From the NCBI GenBank assembly GCA_013112575.1, contig JABFGG010000007.1, positions 184,934 to 248,933 of the forward strand: DNA of 64,000 nt. The letters are read 5' to 3'. The translations under genes and the position numbers were made by a program. Below, in pieces: positions 17,115 to 26,808 of the stretch. Under the pieces are notes generated by a model that was not told where the DNA came from, did no database searches, and saw only the letters and a program-made list of their open reading frames with translations. This DNA comes from Chloroflexota bacterium. Its GTDB lineage: Bacteria; Chloroflexota; Anaerolineae; Anaerolineales; UBA11579. Each line of letters starts with the position of its first letter. Positions within the stretch are counted from its first letter, which is position 1.

Positions 17115-18455
17115 TCAGGCAGTAACAGCCTGAACTTCTACCTCGTCCAGGGGATCATCAGGGATAACGTCAGGTAATTCAATCTCCAGGCGACGGATGC
17201 GGGGATGCAGGATGGTGAAAAGCCCCAGGCCGGAAACGATCAAACCGCAGATCACAAAGATCAGCCCCATACCGCGCCCCGGCCCCACACCCAGTAGCAG
17301 ACCAAAGCTCGAACTCAGCGCCCCCCCTGCTGCCATCCAGGGTTCAAAAAAGTTATCGGCCAGTGGGCCTACAATAGCGTGTCCCAGGGGTTCAAGGATC
17401 ACGGCCAAAAATATCATCGTAGCAGTCACGCGTCCCTGTACGTCTAAAGCCACCTTAGTCTGCCGTATAGGGGGTAGAAGCGCCGACAAAAAGGCAAATG
17501 AAAAGAACATGACAAAGCCACCCCCGATCACATAGGCAATGGTGGGCTGCCAACCTATGACTGCAATAGCAAGACCCTGAACGATCAATACACCTGCCAC
17601 CCAGGGCACGCGGCGCTGAGGCCCTCCCCAAGCAGTAATCAGTAAGGTCCCGATGAGCATACCGCTCATAGCAATAGAAAATACCGTGCCAACCACAGCT
17701 TCATTGGTGAAAGTCAGCATCATGGGCACCGTCAATACAGTAGCCATATTCTGAAAAAGATTGCGCAGTGAGCCAACAACTACCAAAAGGAATAAACCTC
17801 GCCTCACATACAAATATCGAATGCCAAACAAGAAATCCTGGAAAACATTACTTTGCTCTTCATCCTCTGCCTTATCTTCCCGAGGAGGGTCAGGAATGTG
17901 TACAAAGAGCAAGGCTGTTACGGCAACCAAAAATGTAACGAAGTCGATCAGCACAATGCCCCCCAAGCCGATAACGAGGATAAGCACCCCCGCAGCCGCA
18001 GGAGCAATCAAACGACCCACCGAAGAACCAATATTGCCCATACCGGAGGCACGCCCTAATTGTGACTTGGGAACGATCAGTGGGATAGAGGCTGACCAGG
18101 CTGGACCCTGGAAGGCCCCAGCTGCGGAACTGAGGGCCACAGCTATGTATACGTGCCAGATCTGCAATCCATCAGCAAATATAAATAGGGCAATGAACAG
18201 GCTTGCCAGCGCCTGAACACTGTCCGCGATCAGCATGATCTTGCGGCGGTTGTAGCGATCCACGTAGGCACCGGCAACCGGAGAGAGCAAGGCCCAGGGC
18301 ACAAGGTAAAACACATTATTGAGGGCAAAGGCCGTGACCGAACCACCTTCTGTAAACAGCCACAAGCCAACGGCAAAACTGGTGAGGGCTGACCCCAGTG
18401 ATGAGACCAGTTGCCCAAACCACACAATGTAAAAGGTACGCATTTGACCTCGCAT
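17115..18455 (-). CDS. MFS transporter (DHA3/EntS-like), paralog 2 of 3
   Basis: 446 aa. FYIVWFGQLVSSLGSA, VDRYNRR. Colinear with both neighbours. Confidence 0.8.
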   Translation of the reverse strand: MRGQMRTFYIVWFGQLVSSLGSALTSFAVGLWLFTEGGSVTAFALNNVFYLVPWALLSPVAGAYVDRYNRRKIMLIADSVQALASLFIALFIFADGLQIWHVYIAVALSSAAGAFQGPAWSASIPLIVPKSQLGRASGMGNIGSSVGRLIAPAAAGVLILVIGLGGIVLIDFVTFLVAVTALLFVHIPDPPREDKAEDEEQSNVFQDFLFGIRYLYVRRGLFLLVVVGSLRNLFQNMATVLTVPMMLTFTNEAVVGTVFSIAMSGMLIGTLLITAWGGPQRRVPWVAGVLIVQGLAIAVIGWQPTIAYVIGGGFVMFFSFAFLSALLPPIRQTKVALDVQGRVTATMIFLAVILEPLGHAIVGPLADNFFEPWMAAGGALSSSFGLLLGVGPGRGMGLIFVICGLIVSGLGLFTILHPRIRRLEIELPDVIPDDPLDEVEVQAVTA

Positions 18456-18463
18456 CTAAATGC

Positions 18464-19744
18464 CTATGCGGCTTCCGGTTGGGCTTCAATTGATGCCGAC
18501 TGCCCATTTTCTTCAATGCCGTAGACAGAGGGCACGAGCCTGCAAAAAATACCTACTGCAACGCAGGCAGCACCACCGACAAAGAACCAGGTTCGGATGC
18601 CAAAGAAATCGGCGATAGGGCCCGCAAAGATCAAGCCAATCGGCGCCATGGCCGTGGCCAGACTGCCGATCAGCGAAAACATGCGTCCCTGCATGTCGGG
18701 GGCAACCCTGGCCTGGATGATGGCGAACAAAGGCCCATTAGCCATGGGTTGCATAAATCCAAAGACAATGGCGGCCAGCAAAGCCAGCCAAAACGCATTG
18801 GCTGGTGCCAAGCTGAGGATCAAAACCCCAACGCCAATGCCGATAATCCCAAGGATAGACGTTGTCATGCGGCGATTAAAACCACCCCACACACCGAGCG
18901 TAATGCCGCCAATAATGATGCCACTACCCATAAAGGCTTCAAGCGTGCCAAGCTGGATAGCGCCGCCACCAAAGTAATCTTTGACCAGCAACGGTAACAA
19001 AGCAAAGGCCGGGGTCAACAAGAAATTTATCAAAGCAACCACGATCATCAAGATGCCCAGGCCACGCCAGGCAAGCGCATAGCGCACACCGATCACAAAA
19101 TCATTCCATACTGAAGACTTGCCTTCCCCATCTTGTATTGCCCGGTCTGGTTGGGGCACATTGATAAAGAACAGGGGAACGATAGCCAAAACTGCCGTAA
19201 TCACATCAATAGCCAGGATGCCCTGCATGGGCAGCAGTTCGAGCAACAAAGCCCCCAAGGGAGCGCCAATGATACTGAGGCCGCCATTCAACGTCTGGTT
19301 GATACCCTGAATACGGGTCAGATGTTCTTCAGGGACCATCAAGGATGTAGAAGCAGTCATAGAGGAAACATGAAAGCCACCGGCCGTGGAGCGCACGAAC
19401 ATTAATACATATATGTGCCATACCTGAATCAGATCGAAGGCAAAAAGGACCGCGATGGCGACCGTGGCAACAGCGATGACTGTGTCTGCCACGATCATGA
19501 TCACCCTGCGATTCCAACGGTCTACGAGAGAGCCAGCCAGTGGGCCAAAGATAACCTGAGGCAAAAGTCCAACGAGGGATGCCGTAGCCAAAACCGTGGC
19601 CGAGTTGGTGGTGACGGTGAGATACCAGATCAGTGCAAACTGCACCAACTGACTGCCCAGTAATGAAATCGCTTGCCCTGTCCAGATGGTGAAGAACGAA
19701 CCTCGCCATTTACGACCATCTTCCACTGAAAATTGACGCGCCAT
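18464..19744 (-). CDS. MFS transporter (DHA3/EntS-like), paralog 1 of 3
   Basis: 426 aa. FFTIWTGQAISLLGSQ, VDRWNRR. GAGGAG lies 6 nt upstream of the ATG. Confidence 0.8.
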   Translation of the reverse strand: MARQFSVEDGRKWRGSFFTIWTGQAISLLGSQLVQFALIWYLTVTTNSATVLATASLVGLLPQVIFGPLAGSLVDRWNRRVIMIVADTVIAVATVAIAVLFAFDLIQVWHIYVLMFVRSTAGGFHVSSMTASTSLMVPEEHLTRIQGINQTLNGGLSIIGAPLGALLLELLPMQGILAIDVITAVLAIVPLFFINVPQPDRAIQDGEGKSSVWNDFVIGVRYALAWRGLGILMIVVALINFLLTPAFALLPLLVKDYFGGGAIQLGTLEAFMGSGIIIGGITLGVWGGFNRRMTTSILGIIGIGVGVLILSLAPANAFWLALLAAIVFGFMQPMANGPLFAIIQARVAPDMQGRMFSLIGSLATAMAPIGLIFAGPIADFFGIRTWFFVGGAACVAVGIFCRLVPSVYGIEENGQSASIEAQPEAA

Positions 19745-19855
19745 ACCAAACTCCTCAAAAATTAGGTGTTTATTGCAATTAATAAAAATTGTAAATATTC
19801 GGTTTTTGTACCAGTGTGAGAACTACCTGCTACCCACTATGTGTTCAATCGCTGC

Positions 19856-20446
19856 TCACCCAGTATCATTTACCCGGGGCATGATCCACAAACGCCGCCA
19901 CATAAGCCCCCGATGACGGAGGAAAAGAGTAAGCAGTACTCCGGAAAGGATGATCCACCAGGTTACAGTAAGCGGCATCCAGGTTTGCAACCACAGCCCG
20001 GTATCATAATAAAAATAAGCATCTCTAGGGACAAGCACCCAACGGCCATCTACTTCTGTATAGTAATGAACAACGCTGCGTTTACCCAAATGTTCGTAAT
20101 AACGGATGATGCGGTAATCCGGAGGCTCATCATCAGGCAGGCGAAAATAACGCACATCCCCGTTCAGACTGTTTTCGGGGACCGTACCTGGAACCGTAAG
20201 GCCGGTAAGCTCTCGATATAGACCGTCCTCCGGTGAGCTAGCCAGGCTTTGGCCTGCTTCCAAGACATCTGCAAAACCGGCGTATTTTTGCTGAAAGCCC
20301 GTATCGAAGTATTGCGCGTCGAAACGATCTCGCTCTTGAGGAGAGACCAGCAGGATGTAGATACCAGCAAACAACAATGGGAGCAAGGCCAGACCACCAA
20401 TCCACAAAAGTATTCTGCCAACTCCATTTTCAGCTGCTTTTTGCAT
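19856..20446 (-). CDS. Hypothetical bitopic membrane protein
   Basis: The start was set to ATG 20446, with GAGGAG 10 nt upstream; the TTG at 20464 overlaps that SD. It has an N-terminal TM (ILLWIGGLALLPLLFAGIYILLV) and a C-terminal TM (LTVTWWIILSGVLLTLFL). I recognise no family. Confidence 0.4.
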   Translation of the reverse strand: MQKAAENGVGRILLWIGGLALLPLLFAGIYILLVSPQERDRFDAQYFDTGFQQKYAGFADVLEAGQSLASSPEDGLYRELTGLTVPGTVPENSLNGDVRYFRLPDDEPPDYRIIRYYEHLGKRSVVHYYTEVDGRWVLVPRDAYFYYDTGLWLQTWMPLTVTWWIILSGVLLTLFLRHRGLMWRRLWIMPRVNDTG

Positions 20447-20712
20447 AACGCAAGTGCTCCTCAAATTTTCTCAAAAACGAATTAATATTTCGAATATAAT
20501 ATCGAATATTATGTGAACATTATACACAGACAATAAATTATGTCAATATGTATTTTAGTTTTTTTAATGTTTGGTTGGATATTTTTGAATTTTTCGTCAA
20601 TAAACACCGTTTTCCCGTATAATTTGGTTACTAATCTTCAATCAAACTACCAGTTTTTCGAATCACAACCCTCGAGCAGGAATAAACACTAACCAACCAA
20701 GGTATATACGAT

Positions 20713-21573
20713 TTGAGATTTGAAATTGTTCACGACATGATACCAACAAATGGCATCCGGCTGCATACTGCCCTGGCCGGGCCAGAAGATGGCCAGATCG
20801 CCATCCTGTTACACGGCTTCCCGGAATTCTGGTATGGCTGGAGACGACAAATCCCTGCGTTGGCCACAGCAGGTTTACGTGTTGTGGCCCCCGACCAGCG
20901 CGGCTACAACCTCAGTGACAAGCCCAAAGCAGTGCAGGCTTACAATCTGGACCAATTAGCAGATGATGTACTGGGCTTGATCGAGCATTTCGGGAGAGAC
21001 AAAGTATATCTAGCAGGCCATGACTGGGGCGCGGCCGTCGCCTGGTGGGTAGCGCTTAAGTATCCAGAACGAATACAGAAGCTAGCGATCCTCAACGTGC
21101 CCCACCCTGCCGTAATGCGGCGACACTTAATGAGTAATCCAATACAACTGCTACGTAGCTGGTACATTTTCTTCTTCCAGATCCCCTGGTTGCCCGAATG
21201 GTTATTAAGTTTGAACATCCATGCTAACGGTGTGCGCGCATTGAAAGCATCTGGACGTACAGACACTTTCAGCGATGAGGATCTCGAAGCTTATCAGGAA
21301 GCCTGGAGCCAACCAAGCGCGTGGCGGAGTACGATCAACTGGTACCGGGCCATCCTTCGGCATGCACCCCAACGCTTAGTCAACGCACGCGTACAAATAC
21401 CAACCCTGATCCTGTGGGGCAAACAAGATCTCGCCCTCAATTTCAAAATGGCAGAAGACAGCCTGAAGTTCTGTGACGACGCACGGCTACATGCCTTTGA
21501 ACAAGCCACTCATTGGGTGCAACACGACGAAGCCGATCAGGTAAATCGGATGCTGGTCGAATTTTTTAAGTAA
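20713..21573 (+). CDS. Alpha/beta hydrolase (epoxide hydrolase / haloalkane dehalogenase-like)
   Basis: 286 aa. HGFPEFWYGWRRQ oxyanion region, nucleophile elbow GHDWGA, and C-terminal His in ATHWVQHDE. The start is uncertain: TTG 20713 or ATG 20737. Confidence 0.8.
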   Translation: MRFEIVHDMIPTNGIRLHTALAGPEDGQIAILLHGFPEFWYGWRRQIPALATAGLRVVAPDQRGYNLSDKPKAVQAYNLDQLADDVLGLIEHFGRDKVYLAGHDWGAAVAWWVALKYPERIQKLAILNVPHPAVMRRHLMSNPIQLLRSWYIFFFQIPWLPEWLLSLNIHANGVRALKASGRTDTFSDEDLEAYQEAWSQPSAWRSTINWYRAILRHAPQRLVNARVQIPTLILWGKQDLALNFKMAEDSLKFCDDARLHAFEQATHWVQHDEADQVNRMLVEFFK

Positions 21574-21593
21574 ATTGGGATTTGTATCTAGCT

Positions 21594-21965
21594 TTATTCG
21601 CCGAGGATATTGATAGCGCGCTCGAATAAAGATACCTGCCCGGGCCGCGGTTCAATCAACATGCCAGTCTTGAAATGCCCATCCTCATCCTCATCGGACC
21701 ACACCACGTAAACATCGATCTCAATATCCTCCTGATCGATCAACAAGGGCGGGAAACGCATTTGAAGCTTTAATTGCTGCCCTGGGGGAATATACTCTTT
21801 ACTTAACAGCAACATGCCACCAGAAGACAAATTCAGCACTTCACCAAGTAACTTACGGCCATCGGGAGTGTATAAGGCAATGCCTGTGACAACAAAACGC
21901 GGTTCTTTACGGCGATTATCCTGCATATATACCGGAGAGTGCTTTTCGTGAGAAGAAAATTGCAT
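21594..21965 (-). CDS. PilZ domain protein (putative c-di-GMP receptor)
   Basis: 123 aa. RxxxR motif (RKEPR) and D/NxSxxG motif (NLSSGG). Confidence 0.7.
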   Translation of the reverse strand: MQFSSHEKHSPVYMQDNRRKEPRFVVTGIALYTPDGRKLLGEVLNLSSGGMLLLSKEYIPPGQQLKLQMRFPPLLIDQEDIEIDVYVVWSDEDEDGHFKTGMLIEPRPGQVSLFERAINILGE

Positions 21966-21973
21966 AGCTAGTG

Positions 21974-22342
21974 TTAACCCTGGAAAACATTGACAGCCTT
22001 GGCGAATAAGTCTAATTGACCGGTATGGGGGATCAATTTCATACCGGTACGATAGCGACCTTTTTCCACCTCATCGCACCATACGGTGAACACGTCGATA
22101 TCGAGAAATTCTTCTTCCATAATATACACAGGGAATTGCATGCGCAAAGATAATTGTTGCGCCGGATCGATATATTTCGGCCCCAATACCAGAATTCCGC
22201 CCGATGACAGGTTCATGACCTCGCCCAAGATCTCTCGTGACCCCGGGACAATCAATTTAATACCTGCCACAACGAAACGCTCGTATTCGCGCCGATCACT
22301 ATCGACCTCGTGTGATCGTTCTTCATGTGGTTCAAGATCCAT
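21974..22342 (-). CDS. PilZ domain protein (putative c-di-GMP receptor), tandem paralog
   Basis: 122 aa. REYER and NLSSGG motifs. Colinear with the downstream paralog. Confidence 0.7.
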   Translation of the reverse strand: MDLEPHEERSHEVDSDRREYERFVVAGIKLIVPGSREILGEVMNLSSGGILVLGPKYIDPAQQLSLRMQFPVYIMEEEFLDIDVFTVWCDEVEKGRYRTGMKLIPHTGQLDLFAKAVNVFQG

Positions 22343-22443
22343 CTTTTACTCCGACCCAATTGTTTTGGGTATGCCCATTTGTAGCATGGAATCGATGCCA
22401 GGGATTTTGCACTTTGGTTAGCTAATAGAATCGTAGGGAATCA

Positions 22444-22473
22444 AAAAGGGCTGCTCAAATCGCAGCCCTTTTT
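22444..22473 (-). terminator. Intrinsic terminator after the DUF3179 gene (symmetric, could act in both directions)
   Basis: AAAAA-GGGCTGC-tcaaatc-GCAGCCC-TTTTTG, located 15 nt beyond the stop at 22488. Confidence 0.7.
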
Positions 22474-22487
22474 GTTGACTTTTGCAT

Positions 22488-24050
22488 CTACTCCTGGCCA
22501 TACACAGCCGTATTCGGGAAGAAGCTGAACCAACCGAACCAGTAAGCCAGATGCCCATTTACACGCGGCAGGCTCTGTCCATCCGGGCCGATCAGGGCCT
22601 CTTCAGTGACCTGCCACTGGTTGCCATCAGAATCCAACACAGTATCTGCGTCCGGACCCGCCTCAAAAGTAAGCTCACTGCGCTCGTAAACACGCACTTC
22701 ACCACCGGCATTGTAGGTCACATCCTGGGTTTCATAAGTGCCGCCCTGCACGGAGATATAATCGGTGATGTTGGCGCCATCCACTTCAACAGTGCCGCGG
22801 GTAGCCACAAGGACGATATCAAGGCCGCCCAGGCTGTCATTGACCACCTGTTCTTCAGCCAGGACGTCCAGAGGGTAGGCCTTGGGTTCACCGTCGATGC
22901 GTAAGGCATAGATGCGGCTCTTATCCTCAAGGCTTTCACTGCGGTTAGGCACAGGGAACATAGTCCTTGACGAGGCGAAATAATCGCCATAGGCTGCGCC
23001 GAGTTCATAAAAACGATTATGACCAGTGTCAATATCCAAGACGGTTGTTTCAGGATGCTGAGCCAACCATTCTGCCCAGGAGGCCAGCACAACAGGCTGC
23101 AAATCTAACTGCACACCGCTACCCACGAGGGGGCCCAGCACAGGTTCACCCGTGAGCTGGTTCCACAAGGTACGCGTCTGGCGGTCATACATGAGCTTAT
23201 TGCTGCGAAAAAGGAAGCCGGAACTGCCGAAATCATAGGTTTCACCATCCGAGGCGCGCCCATCGAAGGCGATGCCTGCGCCACAGAGGGTGCAGTACGC
23301 CAGCGAAACAGGTACACCACCCACGATATCGTTGGCCATTTCGTGCCAGTCCAATATGCGTAAGGGATAGGCCCGTGCCTCCCCGTTAATTGCGATGCCA
23401 AAAACAGGTTCTTCCGGCAGCAGGTAATCCGCTTCAGAGGGAGTGACGACAGGGGCCTGATCGAGCGCAGGGATGCCATCGACTCGCACGCCACCCCACT
23501 GAATCTCTTCTACACGAATGTTGCTTTCGAAATCATCACGCAAGAATGCAGCGAAACCTTGATCGATGCGGCCCAGCAATTGACCCTTCCAACCCGTATA
23601 TCCAGGTGGCGGTTCAATATCTGTGTTCCCATACCACTCCACCCAGGCGGGCCAATCCTGATCAAAGCCCTCGCCACTAAGGGTTTCGAGGGCATTGATG
23701 TAAAGCGGATATTGGCCTGATGGCACAATGCCGATCTGCGCGCCACGCATCATTTCAATGAATACCGGGACGAAGCGCGTATCACCAGAGGTGGCAATTT
23801 CCTGAATGAGTTCATCTACACTACTGACCTCAACCGACTCAAAAACAAGCAGTTGGTACATCTTTTCACGCGCTTCTTCATCACTGTATATCGTCGCATT
23901 GACTTGCAGCGGCTCTGAAGCTTCCTGGGAAGTATTATCAGGTTCTGATATCTGGGTAGGCTCCTCAGTTACAAGCGTGCCACTACAGGCAGCCAATAAA
24001 ACACTGAGTGCGAGCAACAGGAGAACGGGAAAGCGTAAAAAGATGTTCAT
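22488..24050 (-). CDS. DUF3179 domain-containing lipoprotein
   Basis: 520 aa. Lipobox LLAAC. The core GIPALDQAP..AINGEARAYPLRILDWHEMANDIVGGVPVSLAYCTLCGAGIAFD..FGSSGFLFRSNKLMYDRQTRTLWNQLTGEP matches the DUF3179 pattern. Confidence 0.75.
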   Translation of the reverse strand: MNIFLRFPVLLLLALSVLLAACSGTLVTEEPTQISEPDNTSQEASEPLQVNATIYSDEEAREKMYQLLVFESVEVSSVDELIQEIATSGDTRFVPVFIEMMRGAQIGIVPSGQYPLYINALETLSGEGFDQDWPAWVEWYGNTDIEPPPGYTGWKGQLLGRIDQGFAAFLRDDFESNIRVEEIQWGGVRVDGIPALDQAPVVTPSEADYLLPEEPVFGIAINGEARAYPLRILDWHEMANDIVGGVPVSLAYCTLCGAGIAFDGRASDGETYDFGSSGFLFRSNKLMYDRQTRTLWNQLTGEPVLGPLVGSGVQLDLQPVVLASWAEWLAQHPETTVLDIDTGHNRFYELGAAYGDYFASSRTMFPVPNRSESLEDKSRIYALRIDGEPKAYPLDVLAEEQVVNDSLGGLDIVLVATRGTVEVDGANITDYISVQGGTYETQDVTYNAGGEVRVYERSELTFEAGPDADTVLDSDGNQWQVTEEALIGPDGQSLPRVNGHLAYWFGWFSFFPNTAVYGQE

Positions 24051-24058
24051 CGGAACTC

Positions 24059-24661
24059 CTAGGAAGAGGCTAACGGAGCAGCATTAAAGGGAACGCGGAA
24101 GGGCACACACCAGATGACTACCGACTTGTATTGGGAAAGATCGAGGTCGGCAGGAATTTCATAATTCTGGTCGCCGATGTTGCCCTTGAGAGCGCCCAGA
24201 TCAAAATAAACGGCAGGCTCGACACCAACAGTGTCGAGAACAGGATCATCGCCTACCAACCAAACGTGTAGTTGGGGGCCGTTGAGCACCTGAAAATCCT
24301 CAAAGCGCAATACGCGGCTGCCATCTTCTAACTCATAAACAGTAGCTAAGCCCTGGCCTTCGTGCGCCAGGTCATAAAAAGAACCCTGCCCGATGATCTG
24401 CATGGTAGCCATGTCGTCAGGCATGTCATCTTCCATCACCTCGTCGGGCTCGGCCATGGCTTCTTCCATGGCTTCTGTAGCCTGCACGGATACTTCTTCT
24501 ACTTGCGCAACGGCTTCGGTGGCCTCCACAACAGGGAAGCCCTCATCTACGGTCACATTGATGAACAGGGGGGAAATCAAATACCATCCAATGGCCAGGG
24601 CTGCAACTGCTCCAACGAGCAACAGGCCAATCTGCAAAGGGCCAAGTTTTCGAAAATTCAT
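24059..24661 (-). CDS. DM13 domain-containing protein, membrane-anchored
   Basis: The start was set to ATG 24661, with GGAGGA 6 nt upstream. N-terminal TM, an acidic linker, then a DM13-like region: GSFYDLAHEGQGLATVYELEDGSRVLRFEDFQVLNGPQLHVWL...SVVIWCVPFRVPF. Confidence 0.65.
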   Translation of the reverse strand: MNFRKLGPLQIGLLLVGAVAALAIGWYLISPLFINVTVDEGFPVVEATEAVAQVEEVSVQATEAMEEAMAEPDEVMEDDMPDDMATMQIIGQGSFYDLAHEGQGLATVYELEDGSRVLRFEDFQVLNGPQLHVWLVGDDPVLDTVGVEPAVYFDLGALKGNIGDQNYEIPADLDLSQYKSVVIWCVPFRVPFNAAPLASS

Positions 24662-24765
24662 AATCAATCCTCCAAATATAGATACTGAGGATGATATTAC
24701 CAAATCATGAACAAGTTCTTTCAGAGGAATGAGTGGTTTTTAATCAAAATCCCCGTAAGATTCAC

Positions 24766-26781
24766 TCAAGGCAGAGGGCAACCCAGGTTTTCGAGGACTT
24801 CATCATAGGCAAGCTGGCGGTCAGCGGAGGCTTCGATTTCGTCCAACAGGCGCTGCCAAGTGTCACACATGACCTGCTGTACGTTACGCTGGCGCTTGAA
24901 CGCATCTTGCGTCAGTTGCGAGGCGACGGGCCAGTTACCGATTTGGGCATAGGCTTCAATAAAGGGTAACATCTCGAACTGGTTGTCGGCATTGACACCT
25001 GCGTTTGCTGCCTGGGCTTCCAGTTCCAGCACCTGATTCCAATTCCCTAACTGCGCAGCCAAATCGGCTTTCTGATAGTAGTAACACCAGGAGTGTTGAG
25101 GTTCGTTCCCAAAGATGCTTTGGGGAGGCTGCAGGCCCTCCAACTGGATACGGTCAAGGTTGGAGACAGTGATGACTTCCTGGGAAATATCCGGGACCTC
25201 GACGTGGGAAGTTTCATTTTCATCCAGCACCCATAGGCAGCGTCCGAAGGGTTCGTAAAAGATCACCAGGCTATCCTGGCTGGAACCGCTGAATGCCAGT
25301 GTTCGCAAACTGTAGTCTAGAGGCTGACCCTCTACAAAACCCTCAACATCCTTGTGGATGCCGCCAAAGATCTCAAAGAACCAATAACTCTGTGCGTTTT
25401 GCGAGGGAGCTTGAGGATATAGGGTATTGATGGCTGTGGCCGCGGAATATTCCGTAACGTATCCAAAGATGGAACCGTCCGAGATGATGCTGGTGCCCGC
25501 TTGCAGACTGGGCGCGCGCCAGTACATCTGCCAGTAAAAACGGCTTTGTTTCTCCCAATCCTGGCGGTAGAGGTTGCCCACGCGCAAATGGGCACCCACA
25601 GCCAGGCCCACCAAAATACTCAATAGTAGAGTTTTCTGCCAGCGGTGGGCCAGCAGCCACTCGGCCAGGACCACAAAGAGAATACTGCCCCCCAGCATGG
25701 CAGGCAAGGCAAAGCGGTCGGAGTACAGTCCGCCGATGATCTCACGCCCAGCGTACCAGGTGGGCAGCAAGCCCAGCAGCAGAGCGGCACCAGCCAAAAG
25801 CAGTGCCTGGCGCGTCCAATGGTTAACCTGTGCTTCTTGGCTGTCTTCAAAAGAAGCCCGGCGCATCAGCAAGAACAGACCCGCAATCACTGCAAGCACC
25901 ACCAGCCAACTCACCACGCCAAAGGGACTGGAGAGATTAAACAAATCCGGGGCAAAGGTCTGGTACCAGGCAGCCACGCTGACATGCGCCAGATCACCCA
26001 AAACCTGGCTGCTGAACTCCAGGAAGGTATTGATGGGATCGGACTGAAAAGCGGGTATCCAACGGGAGGCGTTGGGGTCATCCGGCAGATTCAGGAAGAA
26101 CAACCGCCAGACCACAAAGGCCAGAAAAGCCAGGAAGTAAGGGGACCATTGAATTGCTGTGTGGCGCAGTCGCTGACGCCAGTCCGGGTACCTGGCTTGC
26201 AACACAAACCAGAGCATAACGACGCGCAGCAATTCAAGTCCCGCAAAGTATTCGACGGTCAGTAAATGCAGTAGCTGGGTAAAGACGGCAACGCCTGTCC
26301 ACAGCCAGAAGCGTTCGCGTTGAGCGCGCAGCATGGCGATCAGGGAAACAAAGAAGATCAGGTAGAGCAGCCAGACGTGGCTGTAGATGACCGCAATGGA
26401 CTGCTGGAAAAAGACGGGATAAATGGCAAACAATAACGCCATCCAACCTGTCTGGCGAGCGTGTTGTGGCCAGAGCATACGCAATACTTGCCAGAAAGCC
26501 AGCACGGCCAGCCAGCGCATCAGCAAGGCAAAGAGATGCCAGATGATGGGACGCGTGCCCAGAACGGGCATGGTGAGCAAGTACATCCAGGCAGAAATAG
26601 GCCGGTCAAAGGCCAGGAAATCGACGAAGCCCGAGGTGCCCTGTGTGTGAGACAGGAAAATCAAGGGCCAGTCATCCCAGTAATACCCTAATTCAGGAAT
26701 CAGTAAACCAAAAGCGGCTACAAGCACACCTAGAGTTAGCAAAGGGATAGCCCAACGTTGGGAAAACAGACGATTCAACAT
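24766..26781 (-). CDS. Large polytopic membrane protein, GT-C-fold-like (putative glycosyl/arabinosyl-type transferase) with a soluble TPR-like C-terminal domain
   Basis: 671 aa. The N-terminal ~450 aa hold many TM helices. The first loop carries an acidic motif, LGYYWDDWP. The C-terminal ~200 aa are soluble. It is roughly half identical by eye to the upstream paralog. Confidence 0.45.
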   Translation of the reverse strand: MLNRLFSQRWAIPLLTLGVLVAAFGLLIPELGYYWDDWPLIFLSHTQGTSGFVDFLAFDRPISAWMYLLTMPVLGTRPIIWHLFALLMRWLAVLAFWQVLRMLWPQHARQTGWMALLFAIYPVFFQQSIAVIYSHVWLLYLIFFVSLIAMLRAQRERFWLWTGVAVFTQLLHLLTVEYFAGLELLRVVMLWFVLQARYPDWRQRLRHTAIQWSPYFLAFLAFVVWRLFFLNLPDDPNASRWIPAFQSDPINTFLEFSSQVLGDLAHVSVAAWYQTFAPDLFNLSSPFGVVSWLVVLAVIAGLFLLMRRASFEDSQEAQVNHWTRQALLLAGAALLLGLLPTWYAGREIIGGLYSDRFALPAMLGGSILFVVLAEWLLAHRWQKTLLLSILVGLAVGAHLRVGNLYRQDWEKQSRFYWQMYWRAPSLQAGTSIISDGSIFGYVTEYSAATAINTLYPQAPSQNAQSYWFFEIFGGIHKDVEGFVEGQPLDYSLRTLAFSGSSQDSLVIFYEPFGRCLWVLDENETSHVEVPDISQEVITVSNLDRIQLEGLQPPQSIFGNEPQHSWCYYYQKADLAAQLGNWNQVLELEAQAANAGVNADNQFEMLPFIEAYAQIGNWPVASQLTQDAFKRQRNVQQVMCDTWQRLLDEIEASADRQLAYDEVLENLGCPLP

Positions 26782-26808
26782 AACGAAGGCTAAATTATAA
26801 GGGGGAAA

